Of a stretch of DNA of 64,000 nucleotides, positions 49,270-57,196 are shown in pieces. Source of the DNA: Thermoproteota archaeon. Lineage in GTDB: Archaea > Thermoproteota > Thermoprotei_A > EX4484-217-1. Within the stretch, counting starts at the first letter, position 1; each line of letters starts with the position of its first letter. The notes below the pieces were generated by a model, which saw only the letters and a program-made list of their open reading frames with translations, made no database searches and was not told where the DNA came from. Position numbers and translations under genes: made by a program. The stretch is from NCBI GenBank assembly GCA_029258915.1, contig JAPDJU010000005.1, positions 265,797-329,796 on the forward strand, given 5' to 3'.

Positions 49270-49713
49270 TTAAACTCTCTTTAACCGGTGCTTATAAGTT
49301 TTGCCTTTGTCTATTATGTGTATTACTTCGATTCCTCTGCTTACCAGAGTGTCTGAGATGAATCTTCTATGGCACTTAAACCATAATTTCTCAGAACACA
49401 TTATAGCTACATTGCAATTAGTATTTTGAATGGCAGACATAAGCCTATTTATACCTTCTACGTAATCTTCTGTTTTCATATATTCTTCATAACCGCCTTT
49501 CCTAAAACCTCCTAAAAGATCACCTAACCATAAATACCCTATACCAAGCTTATCTAGTTTATGTTGGAGACGATCTCTATTAAAATAAGGATATTTAGTA
49601 CTCTTAGGAAAACGTCTAACATCAACTAACATCTTAATATCATAATACTTCAGTAGGCTTACGAACATGCTTAAACTCCTATTTGAGTGCCCTATTGTGT
49701 ACACTTTAGCCAT
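49270..49713 (-). CDS. DUF488 (YeaO-like) protein.
   Basis: The VYTIGHSNRS motif is characteristic of DUF488. Confidence 0.7.
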   Translation of the reverse strand: MAKVYTIGHSNRSLSMFVSLLKYYDIKMLVDVRRFPKSTKYPYFNRDRLQHKLDKLGIGYLWLGDLLGGFRKGGYEEYMKTEDYVEGINRLMSAIQNTNCNVAIMCSEKLWFKCHRRFISDTLVSRGIEVIHIIDKGKTYKHRLKRV

Positions 49714-49835
49714 AAATTACTACCTTTTACACTCTACTAGGTAAAAGTGTTTATTTTTAGAATTAACTATTTTTCTATAGTCTGAGAAGATACTTTACGA
49801 GAAATAGTTAGCATGGAAATGAGGAGAGTAAAGTA

Positions 49836-50321
49836 TTGAGCATGAAGTATGCTATAAGACAAACAACATTAAATGACATAGACAGGGTTATGTACATAAA
49901 TAGAGTGTCGCTTCCCGAAAACTATACAAAAGTATTCTTTATAGAGCATTTAAGGAAGTGGCCAAAAGGATTCTATGTGGCTGAAGTCGATGGTGTAGTT
50001 ATAGGTTATGTTATGTCAAGGGTTGAAATAGGGTGGGGTTACCTTAAACCAGGGCTTGTAAGAAAAGGGCATATAGTTTCTTTAGCTGTTCTGGAAAATT
50101 ATAGGAGAAAAGGTATTGGAACAGCACTTATGCAAGCAGCGCTTAAAGGATTAAAAGAGTATGGTGCAAGAGAAGTGTATTTAGAAGTTAGGGTTTCAAA
50201 TACTCCAGCAATAAGACTTTATGAGAAACTAGGATTTACAGTGAAGAGAACAATACCGTACTACTATCTTGATGGTGAGGATGCGTTTCTTATGGTTAAA
50301 CCTTTAGCTGAAATACCCTAG
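49836..50321 (+). CDS. GNAT N-acetyltransferase, Ard1/RimI-like.
   Basis: Acetyl-CoA motif (RRKGIGTALM). Its size and layout resemble archaeal Ard1. Confidence 0.8.
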   Translation: MSMKYAIRQTTLNDIDRVMYINRVSLPENYTKVFFIEHLRKWPKGFYVAEVDGVVIGYVMSRVEIGWGYLKPGLVRKGHIVSLAVLENYRRKGIGTALMQAALKGLKEYGAREVYLEVRVSNTPAIRLYEKLGFTVKRTIPYYYLDGEDAFLMVKPLAEIP

Positions 50322-50385
50322 AATTTTTAAAGCATGCTTAAGCAAGAAACTATAATCTGAAATAAACGTTAGGTGAAGTTGGCTT

Positions 50386-51111
50386 ATGGAGAAAAAATAT
50401 GTTCTTGTAAGGGTTAAAAAAGGTCTAGCTCATGGTTTACTAGGAAAATACTATGAAATATCATTGAAGAAGCCTCCGGAAAAACAGTTTTTAAAAAGAA
50501 ATCTCAGAGCAACAAGAATAGATCCCCAAATAAACTTTGTATGGTGGGATAAACCAGCACCGGAAGTCCCAGCAGAATTTTTTGCTGTTGAATGGTCAGG
50601 TTACTTGGTGGTTAAAAAAGCTGGCCTCTACAGATTTTACATTTTAACCGATGATGGAGCGAAATTATGGATAAACGATAAATTAATAATAGACGCATGG
50701 AAGGATCAAGCACCAACAGTGTATCATAGCGATGTATTAGCTTTAAGTGCTGGCTATCATAAAATAGAGCTGAGATTTTATAATAAATTCGTCTTTGGAG
50801 AAATAATGCTTGGATGGATAAGACCAGACGGTATAGCAGAAATAATACCTTCAGAAAACTATGCTATACCATTAGATAATAAAATCGTTATTAAAGGTTT
50901 ACCTGATAACTGTAAAGTTGAATTGTGGAGCGGCGGTAAGCTTTTAGAAGCAATAGTTAAGGGTAAGAAGGCAGAGTTGAATGCCAAAATAATATCTAAG
51001 CCCATAGACGGATACTTTAAGATATATGATAGTTCAGGGGCCTTGCTACTCGAAAGCCCTGTTATAAGAGATATATGGGGAGGAGATGTATTTCAAGTAG
51101 GTGAAGAATAA
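50386..51111 (+). CDS. PA14-domain protein with no signal peptide.
   Basis: ..YHSDVLALSAGYHKIELRFYN..GWIRPDG matches the PA14 beta-barrel pattern. Confidence 0.55.
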   Translation: MEKKYVLVRVKKGLAHGLLGKYYEISLKKPPEKQFLKRNLRATRIDPQINFVWWDKPAPEVPAEFFAVEWSGYLVVKKAGLYRFYILTDDGAKLWINDKLIIDAWKDQAPTVYHSDVLALSAGYHKIELRFYNKFVFGEIMLGWIRPDGIAEIIPSENYAIPLDNKIVIKGLPDNCKVELWSGGKLLEAIVKGKKAELNAKIISKPIDGYFKIYDSSGALLLESPVIRDIWGGDVFQVGEE

Positions 51112-51182
51112 AGGATACGGTTTCACTGCTGTACCGCTTTAACATGTTTTTATAAACAGCATTTAGACAGGGTTTATAGACT

Positions 51183-51476
51183 ATGAAAAGTACGTTAGGC
51201 ATAATAATATCAGACTCTAAGTTAACAATAATAGGTTTCACGATGAGTGAAGCGTTTGAATATGTTGATTCATTATGGAGTTTCCTTAGAAAAAACTTAC
51301 CAAAAACTTCATGGAGTAGTATTGCTATAGAAGTTGCAGGTATAAGCAGTTTAAATAAACTATCATTTAAATGGGCAGTTTCTATAGATATCAATGACGA
51401 TTCTCTTTTTGAAGAAATATTGTTAAGTTTAACTGAAAATAACTTTTTGACAAATAAGAAAATCGAAATTATTTAG
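51183..51476 (+). CDS. Hypothetical small protein.
   Basis: ORF only. Confidence 0.3.
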   Translation: MKSTLGIIISDSKLTIIGFTMSEAFEYVDSLWSFLRKNLPKTSWSSIAIEVAGISSLNKLSFKWAVSIDINDDSLFEEILLSLTENNFLTNKKIEII

Positions 51477-51541
51477 AAAAACAACTATATATCCGGTGCT
51501 TTGTAAAACTAAGGCAGAAAATATTAGCTCCAGGTTAGCCT

Positions 51542-52084
51542 ATGAAGCTAAAGATACTATTACTCATATCGCTATTAGCTCTAAGTCTAGCGGCGATCTC
51601 GCTTCTTACCTCTAGCTATATTACTCCATCAAATACAACATATACCCAAGAATACTATAAAACGCAAGAAAACATTTTGTCTAAGAATATTACATTTTAC
51701 ATTTACGGCTCCATAGGCTGTCCAGCATGTAAATCTGTAAAAGAACTCTTAGAGGAAAACTTTGACAAAGAAATTGTATTCTATGAACTTAGTGGTAATG
51801 AGGAACATGTTAAAAACTTCCATAGAATATATGAATTATTAGCTCAAGCAAAAGGAACGGGTCAAAACTTATACATTCCTCTCACAGGAGTGTTTATAAA
51901 TGATAGGCTTGCTTTTATCGTAATAGGTTTTCAGCCTCTAGATTTCTGGGAAAAAATACTGTTAAGTTCTCCAAAAGACTATATTGTGGTTTTCCATCCC
52001 GAAGATGGCAACACAGGAACTATTGTAATAGCTGATAGTGAAATAATACATTCATTAGAAAAATTATTTGCTAAAGAAGGGTAA
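51542..52084 (+). CDS. Secreted thioredoxin-fold protein with a CPAC active site.
   Basis: Sec-type signal peptide, then ..IYGSIGCPACKSV.. Confidence 0.6.
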   Translation: MKLKILLLISLLALSLAAISLLTSSYITPSNTTYTQEYYKTQENILSKNITFYIYGSIGCPACKSVKELLEENFDKEIVFYELSGNEEHVKNFHRIYELLAQAKGTGQNLYIPLTGVFINDRLAFIVIGFQPLDFWEKILLSSPKDYIVVFHPEDGNTGTIVIADSEIIHSLEKLFAKEG

Positions 52085-52092
52085 TTTGGCTT

Positions 52093-52737
52093 ATGAACAC
52101 CTATGCAACATTACATGTTTTAACACTGGTACTGTCCATGGCTATATTAGATTCTATAAACCCTTGTACATTCGCTATTTATACTTCTCTACTTATAATG
52201 GCTTCTACAATTCATGGTAAAAATCATAAGCAAGTTAAAATTGTAGGTTTATCATTCATCTTAGGGGTATTTGTAGCATACTATCTCTTAGGTTTAGGTC
52301 TATTAGCAGTTTTAGGTTTCCTTGATTTAATATCTAAGGTAATAGGATTAGCTGCTATGGCACTTGGTTTATACTTATTGCTGACCAATGTAAGCGGTAG
52401 AGGATGTAAGATTAAGGTTAGGCATTTAAAATATGTCCGCAGTGCAGTAAATCCCTATCTAGCATTTATAATAGGTGATTTTTTAGGCCTTACGTTACTC
52501 CCATGCAGTGGCGGTCCATACGTAGTTACACTAACGGTAATGGAGAAATTTAAACTACCATATTACTATGAAATTATTTTATTAACAATATACAACACAG
52601 TCTTCATAATGCCCTTAGTCCTTATTCTTACTGGAATATATCATGTGTGGAAAATAGTTAAAGGTGAGGAGAGAATTATAAAAATTATTGAAGGCTTAAT
52701 ACTAATAGGTCTAGGTACTTACATATTCTTCTTATAG
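52093..52737 (+). CDS. CcdA/DsbD-family transmembrane thiol-disulfide transporter.
   Basis: Cys in TM1 (NPCTFAIY) and TM4 (LPCSGGPY). Six transmembrane segments. Confidence 0.7.
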   Translation: MNTYATLHVLTLVLSMAILDSINPCTFAIYTSLLIMASTIHGKNHKQVKIVGLSFILGVFVAYYLLGLGLLAVLGFLDLISKVIGLAAMALGLYLLLTNVSGRGCKIKVRHLKYVRSAVNPYLAFIIGDFLGLTLLPCSGGPYVVTLTVMEKFKLPYYYEIILLTIYNTVFIMPLVLILTGIYHVWKIVKGEERIIKIIEGLILIGLGTYIFFL

Positions 52738-52811
52738 TTTTAACGCGATTTTGCTCGTAATAGATTTAAGTACAGGAAAAACGCAAGTAGTATTTGCATG
52801 AGGAGTAAAAG

Positions 52812-54284
52812 ATGAGCAAGAAGCCTAGTATAAGCACCTATGGTTTTAGATGGGGTATTATAAGAGACCCTATATACGATTACATACCATTTAATAAGGA
52901 TGTAGAGGGTAAGATTATAGACACACCTTATGTTCAAAGGCTAAGAAGAATTCATCAGCTACAAATAGCTCACTTCATATATCCCGGCGCAGATCATAAA
53001 AGATTCCAACATAGTCTTGGAGTAATGCATCTAACAGGCATGTTTAGTGAACATCTGCTTACAATGTTAACGACAGCTGAAGGCGAGGAATTATTAGAAG
53101 GCTACAGCATATTAGAACTCGTTGAAGCCTCTAGAATAGCAGGATTACTTCACGATATAGGCCATGGACCTTACAGCCACTCCTTTGAAGAATCTATCTT
53201 ATCTAAAAGTAAGAAACTTCGCGAAGAAGGCTTAGGAGATCACGAACTAGTGGGTCTAGCTTTAATAGAATGTACAAGCTTAGGAGACATGATAGATAAA
53301 ATAGGTAAGGAGTTTAAGCTTGAAAACTTAAAAGACCTTGTCTTAAAACTTATTAAACCATATGACCCCGCCGCACCCACAATAATAAGGCTTTTACAGA
53401 AGGTTGTTAAAAACTGGATTTACCCAGCAGATATAATGGATTTTCTAATCAGGGACAGTTACTATGCTGGAACAAAAGAATACGGAACAATAGATTATTA
53501 TAGACTAATATTCTACAGTTATCCTTATAAAGACTTAATAGTTATGGACGAGAAGAACATAAACACTTTAAGAAGTTTTCTGCAAAGCAGGCAATACATG
53601 TTTGACACTGTATATCTGCATCCAATATGTAGATCGTTTGAACATACAATACAATTAATGCTGAAGAATGTTAAAGAAGAACTGGAACTTGAAAATAGAG
53701 TGCTTGAAATTAAGGAGGGTAAGCCTAAAAGATATTTAGAATTAGACGACTACTCTATTCTTTACATGGTAACTAATTTAAGTGAAAACAAAGAAAATGT
53801 AAAGTTAGCAAAAGAGTATACGAAAGATCTTCTTTACAGAAGGAAACGTTGGAAACCCGTTGGAAAGCCGTATGATATTTCCTTGCCAACGCATGAAGCT
53901 CCATTTTTCTATAGATTCGGAGATCCAGCATCAGCTTCAAAAGAAATATTTGAAGTTCTCTCTGAAAAATTAGAAGATGCAGGGTTTAAAGAATACGTAA
54001 ACCTGTTCTGGGTTGATCATAGTATGAGAAGAAGTCTTCCCGCATTACCGTATCCATTACATACTGTACATTTAGCTAGAAGAGTTAAAGATAAAATAGA
54101 AATTGTAGATGGTGTTCCTATATCTAAAATCCTTGAAGAAGCAGGCTTAAAACCAAAAATAACATTCACAATATACGGTCCAACAGTTCTCCTAGAAGAT
54201 TATAGTGTTAGAAAGAAACTTGAAACAATAGCTTCTGAAGTTTTTAAGGAGGTTTTTGGAACAACACCGGGAGTGACCATGTAA
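52812..54284 (+). CDS. HD-domain phosphohydrolase, dGTPase/SAMHD1-like dNTP triphosphohydrolase family.
   Basis: HKRFQHSLGV...LLHDIGHGPYSHSFE HD motif. Confidence 0.8.
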   Translation: MSKKPSISTYGFRWGIIRDPIYDYIPFNKDVEGKIIDTPYVQRLRRIHQLQIAHFIYPGADHKRFQHSLGVMHLTGMFSEHLLTMLTTAEGEELLEGYSILELVEASRIAGLLHDIGHGPYSHSFEESILSKSKKLREEGLGDHELVGLALIECTSLGDMIDKIGKEFKLENLKDLVLKLIKPYDPAAPTIIRLLQKVVKNWIYPADIMDFLIRDSYYAGTKEYGTIDYYRLIFYSYPYKDLIVMDEKNINTLRSFLQSRQYMFDTVYLHPICRSFEHTIQLMLKNVKEELELENRVLEIKEGKPKRYLELDDYSILYMVTNLSENKENVKLAKEYTKDLLYRRKRWKPVGKPYDISLPTHEAPFFYRFGDPASASKEIFEVLSEKLEDAGFKEYVNLFWVDHSMRRSLPALPYPLHTVHLARRVKDKIEIVDGVPISKILEEAGLKPKITFTIYGPTVLLEDYSVRKKLETIASEVFKEVFGTTPGVTM

Positions 54285-54359
54285 TAGGAGAGTAATTATT
54301 CTAATACCTAACTCTTAAATACCCTTTACTCCCTCTATACTAAGGGTGTTTAGCAAAAA

Positions 54360-55010
54360 ATGACAACAATTAAATGGCATGGTCATGCATGTTTTGAAAT
54401 AGTCTCCGATAAAGGGGTAATCATAGGTATAGACCCTCATGATGGTGTAAGTTTAGGCATAAAGCCGCCAATGTTTAAGGCTGACATAATCTTAGTAACT
54501 CACAACCACTTTGACCATAACGCAATACAGGTTATTTCTAAACCTAACTCCAGAGTATTAGACATGTTTGAGGGGGAAACAACAGTAGGTGGCATTAAAA
54601 TAAAAGGTGTTAAAAGTTTTCATGATCCATACCGTGGGTCTTTGAGAGGAGAGGTTATACTGTACAAGGTTAAAGTAGATGATCTAGATATAGTGCACCT
54701 AGGAGATTTAGGCACATTACCTGAAAATGAATTATTAAAAGAGATTATGCCAGCAGACATCCTAATGATACCGGTAGGTGGGGTATATACCATAAGTCCT
54801 TCCGAAGCCGCTGAGGTTGTTGATAAGATTAAACCCAAAATTGCAATACCGATGCACTATAAGATACCTGGTCTAAGGTTAGGATTAAGAAAAATAGATG
54901 AATTTCTAGGAAAGATAAAATATGATGTTAAAAGAATTAGTAGAGAATTTACAATATCGAAACCTAGTTTACCTTCAGCAACTGAAGTATGGGTCTTAAC
55001 GTATCAGTAG
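54360..55010 (+). CDS. Metallo-beta-lactamase-fold hydrolase.
   Basis: ..ILVTHNHFDHN.. motif. Confidence 0.75.
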   Translation: MTTIKWHGHACFEIVSDKGVIIGIDPHDGVSLGIKPPMFKADIILVTHNHFDHNAIQVISKPNSRVLDMFEGETTVGGIKIKGVKSFHDPYRGSLRGEVILYKVKVDDLDIVHLGDLGTLPENELLKEIMPADILMIPVGGVYTISPSEAAEVVDKIKPKIAIPMHYKIPGLRLGLRKIDEFLGKIKYDVKRISREFTISKPSLPSATEVWVLTYQ

Positions 55011-55017
55011 GTTTAAA

Positions 55018-55194
55018 CTAAATAATAACTCTAATCTTTTTCGCTTTAGCTCTTCTAATTTTTTCTCTCTCGCCACGAATAAGCTCCATTAGAGCTTTCC
55101 TTATAACCTCACTTCTAGTTTCTCCTCTAAGTTCAGCATATTCATCTATAAGCTCTAGTAACTCCTCTTCAATTTTAAAGGTAACTACTCTCAT
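55018..55194 (-). CDS. Ribbon-helix-helix (CopG/Arc/MetJ) protein of 58 aa.
   Basis: MRVVTFKIEEELLELIDEYAELRGETRSEVIRKALMEL is a typical RHH. The track ORF is extended spuriously upstream to 55437. Confidence 0.6.
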   Translation of the reverse strand: MRVVTFKIEEELLELIDEYAELRGETRSEVIRKALMELIRGEREKIRRAKAKKIRVII

Positions 55195-55333
55195 CGAACC
55201 CCGCCTCCGTATTACTGATAGTGCTGAGGAAAATAAAATACTTTTCTTTAAAGAGTTTTCTCTCATCAGCAGTACTAAGAGAGCGAATAGTTTATATTTC
55301 TCTCTCGAGAGTTTTCTTTTAGGGAGTATACAT

Positions 55334-55639
55334 ATGCCAACCATACACCTCTCAGTTCCAGAAGCTATATACCGGGACCTTAGAGAAGTAGCTGGCGAAT
55401 ATGGTGTACAAATAACAGACCTTGTTAAAATATTCATAAAAGAAGGATTAGAACGTAGATTTGAAGGTAAAAGAAGAGCTTCAGGGCAAGAAGAAAGAGT
55501 AGAAATCTTAGAAGGAGAAATTTATAGATTAAAAGGAGCAATAGAAGAGCTATTTAGGAAAATTGAAGAACTAACTGACAGAGTTGAAGAGTTAAAAACC
55601 CCAAGCATAGAACCAGAGATTATTGAAGAAGCACATTAA
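55334..55639 (+). CDS. Ribbon-helix-helix protein with a C-terminal coiled coil.
   Basis: The N-terminal 45 aa (IHLSVPEAIYRDLREVAGEYGVQITDLVKIFIKEGL) form an RHH, followed by heptad-like EILEGEIYRLKGAIEELFRKIEELTDRVEEL. Confidence 0.6.
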   Translation: MPTIHLSVPEAIYRDLREVAGEYGVQITDLVKIFIKEGLERRFEGKRRASGQEERVEILEGEIYRLKGAIEELFRKIEELTDRVEELKTPSIEPEIIEEAH

Positions 55640-55831
55640 ATTTCCGCTTTAGCCCTTCAATAACTTAAAACAGTTCAAACCCTACCTGCGCCCACCTACA
55701 CTATACCATATAGCTCTGTAAAAATCAGAGTGCTTTTCAAATATTTTCAAGATCTTCTTTAAGAACCAATTATCAGATAAGCTTAACTTAAATATTATAT
55801 GGTCTAAATACTACAAGGTAGATGCCGGGCT

Positions 55832-56350
55832 ATGAACGAAGTTGCTTATAGAGGTAAAAAATTTAATGTGCTCAAATTTCTAACTACCCTACCCAATGGT
55901 AGAAAGGCTATTGGAGAGGTGGTAGATTATCCTGGAGCTGCTGCAATATTGCCTTTGCTACCTAATAGCACGATTTTACTTTTAAAACAATATAGAGTAC
56001 CAATAGGTAAATGGATAATAGAAATACCTGCTGGGACACTAAAACCTGGAGAAAACCCCTTAGAATGCGCTCAGAGAGAACTAGAAGAAGAAACAGGTTT
56101 TAAAGCTAAAAACTGGGTTAAAATGCTGGAAATATATACATCACCAGGCTACAGCAATGAGGTTCTCCACATATTTCTAGCTAAAAACTTAGAAAAGGGT
56201 GTTAAGAAAACCGAGATCACGGAAGTTCTTGAAAACACATATCTTACATTAGATGAAGCCATAGCGTTAATAAAAAGAGGAGTTATAAAAGATGCTAAAA
56301 CAATAATTGCTATACTTTACTATGCTTATTGCTTTAAACATAAGACATGA
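55832..56350 (+). CDS. Nudix hydrolase (ADP-ribose pyrophosphatase-like).
   Basis: Nudix box (GTLKPGENPLECAQRELEEETGF). Confidence 0.85.
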   Translation: MNEVAYRGKKFNVLKFLTTLPNGRKAIGEVVDYPGAAAILPLLPNSTILLLKQYRVPIGKWIIEIPAGTLKPGENPLECAQRELEEETGFKAKNWVKMLEIYTSPGYSNEVLHIFLAKNLEKGVKKTEITEVLENTYLTLDEAIALIKRGVIKDAKTIIAILYYAYCFKHKT

Positions 56351-56384
56351 TATTATCTTACTTTAAAACTTGTAGAAAGTTGAA

Positions 56385-56470
56385 GAAATGTGTTGAGGCC
56401 GGGAGCGACCCGTCCCAGCGCTCATTACCCCCCGGGACTCGGGGGTGCCTTCCGGCTCGCGTGGGAACCG
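56385..56470. ncRNA. GC-rich (about 70%) island of about 90 nt in a roughly 35% GC intergenic region, a candidate structured ncRNA of unknown class.
   Basis: Local hairpins GGGA-N8-TCCC and CCCCC-GGGACTC-GGGGG. GCCGGGA at 56389 can pair with TTCCGGC at 56439. Strand not determined. Confidence 0.35.
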
Positions 56471-56511
56471 GGGCTCGTATTTACACTTTATTCTCTGAAA
56501 TATTTTAAAGT

Positions 56512-56736
56512 TTGCTGCATCCCTTAATGTTAACAGAAGCACTTAGTGAAATATTTAAAGCGGTCTATAGGAGAAAGTGGTTTTTACATAGCAAATCTCT
56601 TCTCTTAGGAACATATGATGAAGTATCCGAACAGATGGAATTTCTTAAAGATAAAGGTGTTTACGAAGTAGTGCTCTATATTCCCTTACTTTACGGGGAA
56701 CATAGGTTCTTGAAGAATATGTTGAAAAAATTTTGA
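56512..56736 (+). CDS. Hypothetical small protein.
   Basis: ORF only. An alternative ATG lies at 56527. Confidence 0.3.
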   Translation: MLHPLMLTEALSEIFKAVYRRKWFLHSKSLLLGTYDEVSEQMEFLKDKGVYEVVLYIPLLYGEHRFLKNMLKKF

Positions 56737-56748
56737 GATAAACAATGC

Positions 56749-57075
56749 TTATTCCGTTGGTTCTAATTTAACAGCTGTGCCATATGCTAGTATTTCTGCA
56801 GCTCCCGAAGCTATAGCTGATGTCATAAATCTTACATTTACAACAGCATCAGCTCCCAGTTTCTTTGCCTCTTCAATCATTCTTCGCAATGCCTGCTCTC
56901 TAGCTTCTCTAAGCATTTCAGTGTATTCTTTAAGCTCTCCTCCAACAATATGTCTGAGAGCAGCAACTATGTCTCTACCTATATGCTTAGCTCTAACAGT
57001 GCTTCCTGATACCACTCCTAGAACTTTAACTACTCTATACCCTGGAATTTCACTTGTAGTAGTTACTATAACCAT
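56749..57075 (-). CDS. YbjQ/UPF0145 (DUF74) family protein.
   Basis: ..GYRVVKVLGVVSGSTVRAKHIGRDIVAALR..GADAVVNVRF.. pattern. Confidence 0.75.
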   Translation of the reverse strand: MVIVTTTSEIPGYRVVKVLGVVSGSTVRAKHIGRDIVAALRHIVGGELKEYTEMLREAREQALRRMIEEAKKLGADAVVNVRFMTSAIASGAAEILAYGTAVKLEPTE

Positions 57076-57196
57076 AGATTTTCCCTCAATGTAGATTTCT
57101 CACTCTGAACACTTATTGCTATCTACTTTATGATTTTATTTACTAATAATTTTATATAGTTGTTTTCTGCAAATTCCTCATGAAAGGCGATAATTC

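Noticed and set aside
56385-56470. The GC-rich island as a tRNA gene, on either strand, with or without an intron.
   Set aside because: There is no TTCRANY T-loop, no D-arm consensus and no acceptor stem closing at 72-76 nt on either strand. The best closing helix spans only about 57 nt.
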